Assembly: GCA_017541825.1 (NCBI GenBank)
Contig: JAFXYJ010000043.1
Coordinates: forward strand, 17,154-81,153
From: Oscillospiraceae bacterium
GTDB taxonomy: Bacteria; Bacillota; Clostridia; Oscillospirales; Oscillospiraceae
DNA: 64,000 bases
Direction: 5' to 3'
The notes beneath the pieces are model-generated. The model did not search any database. It saw nothing but the letters and a program-made list of their open reading frames with translations, and was not told the DNA's origin. Shown here one piece after another: positions 48,586 through 58,105 of the stretch. Numbering within the stretch: the stretch's first letter is position 1; every line of letters begins with the position of its first letter. The translations under genes and the position numbers were made by a program.

Positions 48586-49365
48586 ATGGAATACCACGGT
48601 CTGATCTTTGAAAAGCAGGACAAAGTGGGCGTGATCTATCTGAACCGCCCGGAAAAGCTCAATGCGATCGACACGCCCACTCAGGAGGCGCTGGTACAGC
48701 TCATCGCCGATATCGAAAAGGACCCCGAGCTCAGATGCATTATCCTGACCGGCGTCGGACGCGCCTTCTGCGCCGGCGGCGACATCGGCGAGGAATCCGA
48801 GAAAACGGTCCTCTCGGGCTATGATTTCTCGGTGCTCGGCCATGCCATGACCAACGCGCTGGCCAACTGCAGGCTGCCCATCATCGCCGCCATCAACGGC
48901 TATGCGCTGGGCGGCGGCCTGGAATATGCACTGGCCTGCGATTTCCGCTATGCGGCCTCCACCGCCAAGATCGGCGCTCCCGAGAGCAACCTGGGCGTGA
49001 TTCCCGGCGCCGGCGGCACCCAGCGGCTGTCCCGGCTGGTGGGCGTGACCAAGGCCAAGGAAATGATTTACACCGGACGCAAGTATACGGCCGAGCAGTG
49101 CCTGGCCATCGGTCTGGTGGACAAGGTGTGCGAGCCGGAGAAGCTGATGGAGGAGGCCATGGCTTTTGCGCAGGAGATCGCCGAGCGGGCGCCCATTTCC
49201 ATCCGCATCGCAAAATTCGCCATTGACAAGGGCATCAATCTGGATCTTCCCAGCAGCCTGGATCTGGAGGCGACGCTCTACGGCCTGATCCACAGCACTT
49301 ATGACGCCAAGGAGGGACTCAACGCCTTCCTGGAGAAGAGACCGGCCAAATTTGAGGGCAGATAA
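48586..49365 (+). CDS. Enoyl-CoA hydratase/isomerase (crotonase) family protein 2
   Basis: [39 protein letters not shown] and [17 protein letters not shown]. Confidence 0.88.
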   Translation: MEYHGLIFEKQDKVGVIYLNRPEKLNAIDTPTQEALVQLIADIEKDPELRCIILTGVGRAFCAGGDIGEESEKTVLSGYDFSVLGHAMTNALANCRLPIIAAINGYALGGGLEYALACDFRYAASTAKIGAPESNLGVIPGAGGTQRLSRLVGVTKAKEMIYTGRKYTAEQCLAIGLVDKVCEPEKLMEEAMAFAQEIAERAPISIRIAKFAIDKGINLDLPSSLDLEATLYGLIHSTYDAKEGLNAFLEKRPAKFEGR

Positions 49366-49398
49366 TCCACCGTTTTTTCAAAAAAGGAGACCGACAAT

Positions 49399-50535
49399 AT
49401 GCAGTATCAATTTCTGACGGAGGATCAGCGCGGGTTGATCGAAATGATCCGCGATTTCGGGAAGAAGGAGGTCCAGCCCTATCAGTCCGAGTGGGATGAC
49501 AAGGGGATCTTCCCGAAGGAGGCGGTGGAACACGCCTTTGAGCTGGGCTTCCATGTGCTGGACGTCCCCGAGGAGTACGGCGGGCCCGGCCTGGATTACC
49601 TGACCACGATGATGTGCGTGGAGGAGATCAACCGCTCCTGCACCGCCATCGCCCCAACCATCATCGGCGCGAGCATCGCGGCCAAGCTCGTGGAGCTCGG
49701 CGGGACCCCGGAGCAGAAGCAGTATTTTTACGACCGGGTCCTCAACGGCGCCTATACCGGCATGAGCATCACGGAGCCCGGTGCGGGCTCGGACGCGGCT
49801 TCCATGCGTACCATGGCGGTCCGGGACGGGGACGAGTACGTCCTCAACGGCACAAAATGCTTTGCGTCCAACGGCGGCATCGCCGAGATGATGGTGGTCT
49901 TCGCCGTCACCGACAAGGGCAAGCGGTCCCACGGCATCTCCGCCTTCATCGTGGAGACGGACCGGCCGGGCTATATCGTCGGCAAGGAGGAGAACAAGCT
50001 GGGCTTCCGCTGCTCCAACACCGTAGGCATCACCTTTGACGACTGCCGGATCCCCGCCTCGAACCTGATCGGCGTGGAGAACGAGGGCTTCCGTCTGACC
50101 ATGCAGACGCTGGACCGCGGCCGCGTCAAGGTCGGCGCGTCTGCGGTGGGCTATGCCCAGGCGGCCATCGACTACGCCACCGAGTATGCCAAGACCCGCG
50201 AACAGTTCGGCAAGCGCATCTGCGATTTCGAGGGCATCCAGTTCATGCTGGCGGATATGGAGGCCGGGACCGAGGCGGCCCGCCAGGCGGTGTATTACGC
50301 CGCCCGTCTCATCGACGCGGGGCTCCCGAGCTCCCGCGCGGCGGCGATCGCCAAGCTCATCGCCACGGACAACGCCATGAAGGTGACCACGGATGCGGTC
50401 CAGATCTTCGGCGGCTACGGCCTGTGCAAGGACTATCCCGTGGAGATGCTCTTCCGTGACGCCAAGGTCCTGCAGATCGTCGAGGGCACCAACCAGATCC
50501 AGAGAATGATCATCGGCCGGGATATGTGCCGCTGA
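49399..50535 (+). CDS. Acyl-CoA dehydrogenase family flavoprotein 2
   Basis: 378 aa. Contains ITEPGAGSDA, GTKCFASNGG, QIFGGYGLCKDYPVEMLFRDAKVLQIVEGTNQIQ. Confidence 0.9.
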   Translation: MQYQFLTEDQRGLIEMIRDFGKKEVQPYQSEWDDKGIFPKEAVEHAFELGFHVLDVPEEYGGPGLDYLTTMMCVEEINRSCTAIAPTIIGASIAAKLVELGGTPEQKQYFYDRVLNGAYTGMSITEPGAGSDAASMRTMAVRDGDEYVLNGTKCFASNGGIAEMMVVFAVTDKGKRSHGISAFIVETDRPGYIVGKEENKLGFRCSNTVGITFDDCRIPASNLIGVENEGFRLTMQTLDRGRVKVGASAVGYAQAAIDYATEYAKTREQFGKRICDFEGIQFMLADMEAGTEAARQAVYYAARLIDAGLPSSRAAAIAKLIATDNAMKVTTDAVQIFGGYGLCKDYPVEMLFRDAKVLQIVEGTNQIQRMIIGRDMCR

Positions 50536-50629
50536 TCCCCATGGGCTCCGCCCGGCCGGACGGAGCCCGTTTGGGCGAAGGACCTGTCCGGCCCTTCGCC
50601 CGTCACAATTTCAGAAGGTGAGGATAGGT

Positions 50630-51475
50630 ATGTTCAGCAAAGATCTGATCGGGACCAAGGTAGGTCCCTTTGAGTTTCCCTATACCTGGAAGGATGTCGT
50701 GCTGTACGCTCTGGGCGTGGGCGCCGGCGAAGACGCGAGCGAGGAGTGCTTCGTCTACGAGAAGAAGCTCAAGGTGCTCCCCACCTTCGGCGCGATCCCG
50801 CAGCCGGTGGCTCCCATCTCCCTGCCCAAGCGGACCGTGAGCGACATCAAGGGCATGCTCCACATGGAAAACGAGCTGATCGTCCACAAGACCCTGGATC
50901 CCAGGGGCGGAAAGCTGTTCTATGAAACCTCCATGGAAAAGCTCTATGACCGCGGCCCCGGCAAGGGCGCCAAAATGGTGATCCGCACCGACGTATATGA
51001 CGAGCTTGGCGACCTGGTCTACGAGAACCACGACGCGATGTTCTCCCGGGCCGACGGCGGCTGGGGAGGAGAAATGCCGCCCCGCAATGAGAACGACATG
51101 CCCGACCGCGCGCCCGATGTGGAGGACCGCGCCGTGCCGGCAGTCACACAGCCCATGCTGTACCGGCTGGGCAGCCGGGATCTCTTCCCGCTGCATATCG
51201 ACAGGGAATTCGCCGAGGCCAGCGGCTTTGAGCGCCCGATCATGCACGGGCTGTGCACCTACGGCTATGCCTGCCGCATGAGTATCAGGAACCTGTTCCC
51301 GGGAGAACCGGAGCGGCTTCGCCGCATCAACGCCTGCTTCATGAAGTCTCTGTACCCCGGAGATCCGATCAAGCTCCAGCTCTGGAAGATCGGGGAACGG
51401 GAGGCGAGATTCCAGATCGTCAATGAACGCACCGGCGAGGTGCCCATCGGCAAAGGCGTCCTGGAGTGGATCTGA
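50630..51475 (+). CDS. MaoC-like (R)-specific enoyl-CoA hydratase/dehydratase (double hot-dog)
   Basis: The C-terminal half contains YRLGSRDLFPLHIDREFA...GFERPIMHGLCTYG, a MaoC motif. I prefer the ATG at 50630 because of its RBS (AAGGTGAGGA). The track start is GTG at 50618. Confidence 0.8.
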   Translation: MFSKDLIGTKVGPFEFPYTWKDVVLYALGVGAGEDASEECFVYEKKLKVLPTFGAIPQPVAPISLPKRTVSDIKGMLHMENELIVHKTLDPRGGKLFYETSMEKLYDRGPGKGAKMVIRTDVYDELGDLVYENHDAMFSRADGGWGGEMPPRNENDMPDRAPDVEDRAVPAVTQPMLYRLGSRDLFPLHIDREFAEASGFERPIMHGLCTYGYACRMSIRNLFPGEPERLRRINACFMKSLYPGDPIKLQLWKIGEREARFQIVNERTGEVPIGKGVLEWI

Positions 51476-51490
51476 TGGTTCACACGCAAT

Positions 51491-51521
51491 GCCCGCCGGG
51501 AGAGCTTTTCTCCCGGCGGGC
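51491..51521 (+). other. Strong stem-loop between the MaoC and ligase genes, followed by a TATAAT hexamer
   Basis: GCCCGCCGGGAGA-gcttt-TCTCCCGGCGGGC forms a 13-bp perfect stem. TATAAT lies at 51530-51535. There is no U-tract. Confidence 0.45.
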
Positions 51522-51588
51522 GGGCATGCTATAATGGACAGAGAATAAACGGCTTCCCCGCGCAGACTGCGGCAAATCAGATCGCGAG

Positions 51589-53526
51589 GTGGAAAACATG
51601 ACCCCTGCTGTTTTTGACAATAAAAGGACGCTGCGCATAGAGATCACTGCCGTCCGGGGACTCCCGTCCGTGCCGGCGGGAAAAATGCTGACCGTCGCCG
51701 ACTATCCCCACAGGGCGGAGATCGATCTGGAACCGCTGTCGCTGCCCGACTGGGCGCAGCGGCAGCTGGCACAGCAGCTTCGGGAGCTGCCGGAGATATC
51801 CGGAGAGAACGTCGTGAAGCTCCGGGATCCGGAGGCCGGGGACGTCAGCGCCGACGTCCGTATCCGCCGCTATGTGGACGCCCGGATCGAGGATGTGCTC
51901 GCCTGGCAGGCGGAGCACCGGCCGGACCGGGAGGCGCTGGTGGACCTGAATACCGAACGGCGCTATACCTATGCAGACCTGGATCGTCTCAGCGGCCGCC
52001 TGGGCGACGCGCTGTGCCGGCTCGGCCTGCCGCTCAACAGCCACGCGGCCGTCGTGCTGCCCACGGGAGCGAACAACTTCCTCACGAAATTCGCCATCAA
52101 CCGGGCCGGCGCCGTCATCGTCAACGTGAATTTCATGGAGCGCCCTGCGACCATGTTCACCATGGTGCGCAACAGCGACTCACAGGTTGTGTTTATGCGG
52201 CCGGGCACCAAGGGCACCGAGTTTATCGACTGGCTCTATGAGAACTGTCCCGAGCTCAGGGACGCCGTGCCGGGAGAGCCGCTCTCGCTGGAACAGTTCC
52301 CCTGCCTGCGCCATGTGGTGATCTGCGACTCGGCGGTACGGTATCCCGGAACGATCGCGCTGGAGGACCTGTATGCGGAGCCTCGGGACGGCCGCCTCGG
52401 CGCCCTCGACGCGCGCAGCGGATACAAAAGCAGCGACGATGTGTGCACGATCATCCACACTTCCGGCACCACCGCCACTCCCAAGGGTACGATGCTGCTG
52501 CACCGGAGCATCGCCGAGGTGCTGTGCGTCCAGGCGGAGATGCTCGGTCTGGGCGAAGACAGCCGGACCTGCCTGAGTCTGCCGCTGTTCCACGCCTTCG
52601 GTTCCATCGGCACCTCGCTGCCCACCTTCCTGATGGGCGGCTGCGTGGTCTGTATGGACCGGCCGCTGCCCTCGTCCATCGCGGACGCGCTCCGGGACGA
52701 GCGATGCACCGTGCTGTGCAACGTTCCGTCCACCTACCTCCGGCTGTTGGAGGATATCCATCGCCGGCAGATCCCCCGGGAGGCGTTCAGTCTGAAAAAA
52801 TGCGTGGCTGCGGGCGCCGCCTCCACAGAAGCCATGCTGCTGGATGTGGCGGACACCTTCGGCGTACAGGACGTGATCGCGACCTACGGCATGACGGAGA
52901 CCGCGACCGGCGTCACCGGCTCCCGCAGTGACGACGATCTGGAGGCCCGCACCAAGACCGTCGGCGTGGTTTGGCCGGGCGTGGAGATGAAATTCGTCGA
53001 TCCCGCCGACGGGCAGGAGGTCCCCCCGGGGAAGACCGGGGAGATCGTGGTCCGCGGCTTTAACATAATGAAAGGCTACTACAAGATGCCCGAGGAGACG
53101 GCGGCGGTGCTCAGTCCCGACGGCTGGCTCAAAACCGGGGATCTGGGTTATATGCGGCCCGACGGACATGTCTGCTTCGTAGGCCGGCTCAAGGAGAGCA
53201 TCAAAAAATACGGAGAGACGATCAGCCCCGTGGAAATCGAAAACGTGCTCATCCGGGAGCCTCACATCGCGGCCAGCAGCGTCATCGGCGTTCCCGACGA
53301 TCAGGTCGGGGAGGAGATCGCGGCCTTTGTGATCCTAGAGCCCGGCGCCGAGGTGACTCCCGAGGAGATCCGCGCGTTCTGCGCAAAGGATCTGCCCCGG
53401 TTCAAGGCGCCGAAGTATATCTTCTTTGTGGACACATTCCCCTATTCGGGGACCGGAAAGGTCCTGAAAGCCGAGCTGCGCAAGTGGGCGGAGGAACGGC
53501 TCGGCAGGAAACAGGAATCGACCTGA
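51589..53526 (+). CDS. AMP-forming acyl-CoA ligase (ANL superfamily) with an N-terminal extension of about 95 aa
   Basis: AMP-binding motif IIHTSGTTATPKGTM, then YGMTET, GDLGYMRPDG and a C-terminal GKVLK. The canonical ligase fold seems to begin near aa 95 (IEDVLAWQAEHRPDREALV). The true start is uncertain. Confidence 0.85.
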   Translation: MENMTPAVFDNKRTLRIEITAVRGLPSVPAGKMLTVADYPHRAEIDLEPLSLPDWAQRQLAQQLRELPEISGENVVKLRDPEAGDVSADVRIRRYVDARIEDVLAWQAEHRPDREALVDLNTERRYTYADLDRLSGRLGDALCRLGLPLNSHAAVVLPTGANNFLTKFAINRAGAVIVNVNFMERPATMFTMVRNSDSQVVFMRPGTKGTEFIDWLYENCPELRDAVPGEPLSLEQFPCLRHVVICDSAVRYPGTIALEDLYAEPRDGRLGALDARSGYKSSDDVCTIIHTSGTTATPKGTMLLHRSIAEVLCVQAEMLGLGEDSRTCLSLPLFHAFGSIGTSLPTFLMGGCVVCMDRPLPSSIADALRDERCTVLCNVPSTYLRLLEDIHRRQIPREAFSLKKCVAAGAASTEAMLLDVADTFGVQDVIATYGMTETATGVTGSRSDDDLEARTKTVGVVWPGVEMKFVDPADGQEVPPGKTGEIVVRGFNIMKGYYKMPEETAAVLSPDGWLKTGDLGYMRPDGHVCFVGRLKESIKKYGETISPVEIENVLIREPHIAASSVIGVPDDQVGEEIAAFVILEPGAEVTPEEIRAFCAKDLPRFKAPKYIFFVDTFPYSGTGKVLKAELRKWAEERLGRKQEST

Positions 53527-53561
53527 TCGCAGAAAAGACATCAGAGAGGGATGAGAAAAAC

Positions 53562-54779
53562 ATGAATGCAAGGCGCACGGAAAACAAGTGGTTTTATCTG
53601 ATTTGCGGTGCGTTCGGGATGCTGATGATCGGTGTGATCTACGCCTGGAGCATCCTGAAAACACCGCTGGCGGAGGAATTCGGCTGGGGTGTGACGGAGC
53701 TTGCGCTGAACTTCACGCTGACGCTGTGCTTTTTCTGCGTGGGCGGCGTGCTGGGCAGCACGCTCTCTTCCCGTTTTTCTCCTCGCGTCACCATCCTGAC
53801 GGCTGCCGCCTGCCTCTGTGCGGGGTTCGTGATCTGCTCACGGATGAGCGGAGCGAGCATTGCCGCACTGTATCTGGCCTACGGCGGGCTGGGAGGCATC
53901 GGGATCGGCATGGCCAACAACGCCATCGTTTCCCAGTGCAACGCCTGGTTCCCGGGGCAGCGGGGCACGTCTACCGGCGTGCTGATGATGTGCTTCGGTC
54001 TGAGCTCTCTGCTGCTGGGCAAGCTTGCGGCAGCGCTGATGGAGATCCCGGAGATCGGCTGGCGGACCACCTACATGATCATCGGCATCGCCATCGCGGC
54101 GGTGCTGGTGCCGCTGGCCATGATCCTGCGTATGCCGCCCCGCAGCGCGGAGGCTTCTCCCGCCGGAGAGGAAACGGCAGCGGCGCAGGCGGAAAAACGG
54201 GAATACGACTCCCGTGAGATGATGAAGCGCCCCAGCTTCTGGAAGTTTTATGCCTACAGCATCCTGACCTGCGCCGTAGGCAGCACGGTGATCAGCTTTG
54301 CCCGCGACCTTGCCCTGTCCGTGGGCGCCTCGGCGGCGCTGGCCACCACACTGGTGGGCGTGCTGTCGCTGTGCAACGGCCTCGGCCGGATCCTGTTCGG
54401 CCTGATCTTCGACCGCCTCGGCCGCAAGAAGACGATGATCCTGTCCAACCTGCTGACCATCGTCGCTCCCGCCACGATCCTGTTCTCCCTGAGCATCCGC
54501 TCCCTGCCGCTGAGCATACTCGGCTTCTGCCTGACCGGCATCGCCTACGGCAGCAGCCCCACGATCTCCGCGGCGGTGGTCAGTGAGCTCTACGGCGTGC
54601 GCCACTACCCGAAAAACTACAGTCTGGCCAACACCATGGTCATTTTCGCCTCTGTTATGTCAACCGTTGCCGGCAAGATGCTCGAGCTGACCGGGGGATC
54701 GTATCTGCCGGTATTCATCGTTCTGCTGGTGTGCGCGGTGGCGGCTCTGTTCCTGAACTTCCGCATCCGGGAGGCGTGA
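53562..54779 (+). CDS. MFS transporter (oxalate/formate antiporter-like subfamily)
   Basis: Starts MNARRTENKWFYLICGAFGMLMIGVIYAWSI. About 12 TM segments. Length 405 aa. The track start at 53484 overlaps the ligase gene. Confidence 0.8.
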   Translation: MNARRTENKWFYLICGAFGMLMIGVIYAWSILKTPLAEEFGWGVTELALNFTLTLCFFCVGGVLGSTLSSRFSPRVTILTAAACLCAGFVICSRMSGASIAALYLAYGGLGGIGIGMANNAIVSQCNAWFPGQRGTSTGVLMMCFGLSSLLLGKLAAALMEIPEIGWRTTYMIIGIAIAAVLVPLAMILRMPPRSAEASPAGEETAAAQAEKREYDSREMMKRPSFWKFYAYSILTCAVGSTVISFARDLALSVGASAALATTLVGVLSLCNGLGRILFGLIFDRLGRKKTMILSNLLTIVAPATILFSLSIRSLPLSILGFCLTGIAYGSSPTISAAVVSELYGVRHYPKNYSLANTMVIFASVMSTVAGKMLELTGGSYLPVFIVLLVCAVAALFLNFRIREA

Positions 54780-54921
54780 TACCGGGCCGACGAACAAAAG
54801 GTCTCCATCGGGTGTCAGCATTCCGGCTGTTTGATCGATATTGATTATCGGCGTAAAAGCACAAAACCGACAGGGTACGCCGCCAAAGGGCAGGAACCGC
54901 TGTTTTCTTTTGCCGGAAGTG

Positions 54922-54930
54922 TGGTATGAT
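54922..54930 (+). promoter_or_regulatory. Possible extended -10 promoter element for the regulator gene
   Basis: TGGTATGAT (TGn + TATGAT) lies 33 nt before the ATG at 54963. No convincing -35. Confidence 0.3.
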
Positions 54931-54962
54931 AGAGTTATCCCATGACAGGAGGTGCTGACACG

Positions 54963-56915
54963 ATGAGAATCCTTTCTGCTTCCGCGGAAAAGACGGCCGA
55001 TGTTATTGAGACGATGACCCAGCACTGCCGGCAGATCCTGGATCCCGAGGTCTCCTCTTTCCGGATCTGCCCGGAGGAAGAGATCCCTTCCGTTAAAAAG
55101 AAAAGCGTGACGACCTATGCCTACTCCAACCGGGTGATCCGCGACAGCATGGCGTCCGTCCACAACCCGATGCTGGGCGCGGCGGTCTTCGACCAGAACG
55201 GCTGGCTGATCCGGCTCTACGGCAGGGCGGAGTTCCGCGAATGGGCGGCCCGGCGGGGGATCGTGCCTTTCTCCAACTGGCTGGAGGACAGCGCCGGTGT
55301 CAACGCGGTCTCGGTGGGCATGGCCTGCAAGGCGTCGGTCGAGATGTTCGGCGGGGAGAACTACTGCTCCCTGCTCAGAGATACCGCCATTTACTTTACG
55401 CCCTATATCTTGGATCTGGGCCAGACCTTCGACCGGGAAGATTACCGCACGCTCGGCGGCGTAGCCATCATCACGCCGCTTGGTGACGGGCCGGAGGACT
55501 ATCTTTTCACCACCGAGGCGATCGCCAAGGAGGTCGCGCTGCATCTGCACATGGTACAGTGCTTTGAGGAATTCTTCAACACAGAGACCGAGGGTCACAT
55601 TTCCATCGATTTCGATCTGGCCACGTCGGTCCCCCATTTGCTCTATCACAGCAACAATATTTACAAGATCCTCGGCATCGGGGAGCGCAATCTCCACTTT
55701 GAACCGGTGGGCACGGTATTCGACCCCCTGCCGAAGAACCGGGAATTCTGGCGCATCGTCAATGAGGGCATGGCCGTGCAGAACCGACGCATCACCCTGT
55801 GCATCCAGGGCGTCGAGCGGGAATTCACGATCCGCACGCTGCCCTATCAGCAGCGCTTCATCGGCTTCAAGGGGGTGCACATCTTCCTGCAGTCCCAGAA
55901 GCTGAAGACCTCCAGCGTATCCAAGGACGTGGGCAATATCGCCCAGCTCACCTTTGAGGACATCGTCGGGGAATCCCCCGTGATGGTGCAGACGATCCGC
56001 CAGGCCAAGACGCTCTCGGCCAGCGATCACACGATGCTGATCCTCGGCGAGAGCGGCGTGGGCAAGGATCTGTTTGCCCGGGCGATCCACAGCTTCAGCC
56101 GCCGGAGCCAGGGACCCTTCGTGACGCTCAACTGCGCCGCGATCCCCCGGGAGCTCATCGCCAGCGAGCTGTTCGGCTACTCCGACGGCGCCTTTACCGG
56201 CGCCAAGCGGGGCGGCAATATGGGCAAATTCGAGCTGGCCGATTCGGGCACGATTTTTCTCGATGAGATCGGCGATATGCCGCTGGAGCTCCAAGCCACC
56301 CTGTTGGACGTGATCGAGAGCAAGAGCTTCATGCGGGTGGGGAGTAATGTCCGCCGGAAGGTGGATGTGCGGGTCATTGCCGCCACCAACGCGGATATGG
56401 CCGAGCGAATCTACAAGCGACAGTTCCGGGAGGACCTTTTTTACCGCCTTTCCGCGACGCAGCTGTCCATCCCGCCGCTGCGGGCCAGGGGAACGGACAT
56501 CGTGCTGCTGGCGGAATACTTTATCAGCAGTCTTTACAACGACGAAGCGTTCAAGCCGCAGCCGATCCTTTCGGCGGAAGCCAAGCGCCTGCTGATGTCG
56601 CTGCCCTGGCGGGGCAATGTACGAGAGCTGCGCAACGTGATCACAAATGTGGTCAGCCTCTACGACGACCACATCATCAGCGCCGAGCATATCCAGCGCC
56701 ATCTGGTCGGCAGCAAGCTGTATACCGAGCCTTATCCGGCGGAAACATTGTCCTACGCCGCGTCCAACGGCTACGGCCGCAACCGTACGATCACGAAGGA
56801 GGAGCTCGAAGACTGCCTTCGCAAGAATCAGTACCAGAAGGCCGCGGCGGCACGGAGCCTGGGCATCTCGCGCAAGACGCTGTACCGCTGGCTCAAGCAG
56901 TTCGATCTGGCCTGA
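54963..56915 (+). CDS. Sigma-54-dependent transcriptional activator (bEBP): ligand-sensor N-domain, AAA+ domain, Fis-type HTH
   Basis: Walker A GESGVGKD. The sigma-54 contact loop GAFTGA is present, as are the DEIGDM Walker B and the C-terminal HTH AARSLGISRKTLYRWLKQF. I recognised no receiver domain. I prefer the ATG at 54963 because of the AGGAGG RBS. The track start is 54942. Confidence 0.9.
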   Translation: MRILSASAEKTADVIETMTQHCRQILDPEVSSFRICPEEEIPSVKKKSVTTYAYSNRVIRDSMASVHNPMLGAAVFDQNGWLIRLYGRAEFREWAARRGIVPFSNWLEDSAGVNAVSVGMACKASVEMFGGENYCSLLRDTAIYFTPYILDLGQTFDREDYRTLGGVAIITPLGDGPEDYLFTTEAIAKEVALHLHMVQCFEEFFNTETEGHISIDFDLATSVPHLLYHSNNIYKILGIGERNLHFEPVGTVFDPLPKNREFWRIVNEGMAVQNRRITLCIQGVEREFTIRTLPYQQRFIGFKGVHIFLQSQKLKTSSVSKDVGNIAQLTFEDIVGESPVMVQTIRQAKTLSASDHTMLILGESGVGKDLFARAIHSFSRRSQGPFVTLNCAAIPRELIASELFGYSDGAFTGAKRGGNMGKFELADSGTIFLDEIGDMPLELQATLLDVIESKSFMRVGSNVRRKVDVRVIAATNADMAERIYKRQFREDLFYRLSATQLSIPPLRARGTDIVLLAEYFISSLYNDEAFKPQPILSAEAKRLLMSLPWRGNVRELRNVITNVVSLYDDHIISAEHIQRHLVGSKLYTEPYPAETLSYAASNGYGRNRTITKEELEDCLRKNQYQKAAAARSLGISRKTLYRWLKQFDLA

Positions 56916-56948
56916 GCCGCTGCGGACAGTATCGGGAGGAGGAAAACC

Positions 56949-57887
56949 GTGTTTGATCTGTGCCGATTGCTGAACATCCGGTATCCCATCATCCAGGGCG
57001 CCATGGGGCATGTGACTGGCGGCGCCATGGCGGCCGCCGTGACGCGCGGGGGCGGCCTGGGGACCATCGCCTCCGCCGAAAAGCCGCTGGAATACGTTCA
57101 GCGGGAATACCGTCTGGCAAAGGAACTGACCGACGGACCGGTGGCGCTGAACATCCCCGTCAACAACAGCCGCTGCGCGGATATCGCCCGTTTCGTCCTC
57201 GACGAGCATGTGGACGTGGTCGTCACCAGCGCCGGGAGCCCGAAAGCCTTTCTGGCGGACTGGAAGCGCGAGGGGATCCGGGTCATATCCGTGGTGGCCA
57301 CGGTCGAGCACGCCAGAAAGATGTCCGACGCCGGCGTGGATGTCATCGTGGCGGAGGGCATGGAATCCGGCGGCAGGATTGGCAGCATGACCACCATGAC
57401 GCTCATTCCGCAGGTAGTGGACGCGGTGTCGGTCCCGGTGGTGGCTGCCGGCGGGATCGCCGACGGCCGGGGGATCGCCGCGGCTTTTGCGCTGGGAGCC
57501 TGCGGCGTACAGATCGGCACCCGGTTCCTGTTTGCCGAGGAATGCCCCGTCCACGAGAATTTCCGTCGGGCCATCCTGGCGGCGAAGTCGGCCGATGTGG
57601 TCATCACCGGCCGCCCCTACAGCTACCGGGGCGAGGCGCGGATCCTGCGCAACGCACTGTACGAAAAGTACATCGAAATGGAAAAGAGCGGAGCGGCGGA
57701 TGAGGACTACAAACCGCTGTTTGACGCCTCCATGCCCCGCGCCCTGGTGGAGGGCGACGTGGAAAACGGTTCGCCCATGGTCGGGCAGATCGTCGGCATG
57801 TGCAGCCGAGTTCAGCCCGCGGCGGAGATCATCCGCGAGCTGGTGGACGACTACAACCGTCAGCCCGGCCTTCCCCGCATTTCCTGA
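56949..57887 (+). CDS. NMO/FabK-like FMN oxidoreductase (nitronate monooxygenase / enoyl reductase family)
   Basis: IRYPIIQGAMGHVTGGAMAAAVTRGGGLGTIAS and AAGGIADGRGIAAAFALGACGVQIGTRF. GTG start with a GGGAGGAGG RBS. Confidence 0.85.
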   Translation: MFDLCRLLNIRYPIIQGAMGHVTGGAMAAAVTRGGGLGTIASAEKPLEYVQREYRLAKELTDGPVALNIPVNNSRCADIARFVLDEHVDVVVTSAGSPKAFLADWKREGIRVISVVATVEHARKMSDAGVDVIVAEGMESGGRIGSMTTMTLIPQVVDAVSVPVVAAGGIADGRGIAAAFALGACGVQIGTRFLFAEECPVHENFRRAILAAKSADVVITGRPYSYRGEARILRNALYEKYIEMEKSGAADEDYKPLFDASMPRALVEGDVENGSPMVGQIVGMCSRVQPAAEIIRELVDDYNRQPGLPRIS

Positions 57888-57907
57888 TCGACGACCCGCA
57901 TATAAAA

Positions 57908-57943
57908 GAGGCTGCCGCAAATGTTCTGCGGCAGCCTCTTTTT
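57908..57943 (+). terminator. Intrinsic terminator ending the island
   Basis: 12-bp stem GAGGCTGCCGCA / TGCGGCAGCCTC with a 7-nt loop, followed by TTTTT. Confidence 0.8.
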
Positions 57944-58105
57944 ATCGTATCGGCACAGATGCGGGGCCTTCCGGCGCCGTGACCCGGGGATCAATGCTTC
58001 GGCTCTGTGGTCGGCGCTTGTCCGCATCGCTTCCGTACGGCGCCGACGATCGAGCGCAGTGCCCCGCGGCCGCGGATACCCCCTCCGGCCGGACGGCGGG
58101 CAAGG

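Noticed and set aside
54660-57920. 1086-aa minus-strand ORF spanning the bEBP and NMO genes.
   Set aside because: It crosses two well-supported plus-strand genes and their intergenic region. Its composition is Arg/Gly/Ala/His-rich and it has no recognisable motifs. It is a GC-driven shadow ORF.
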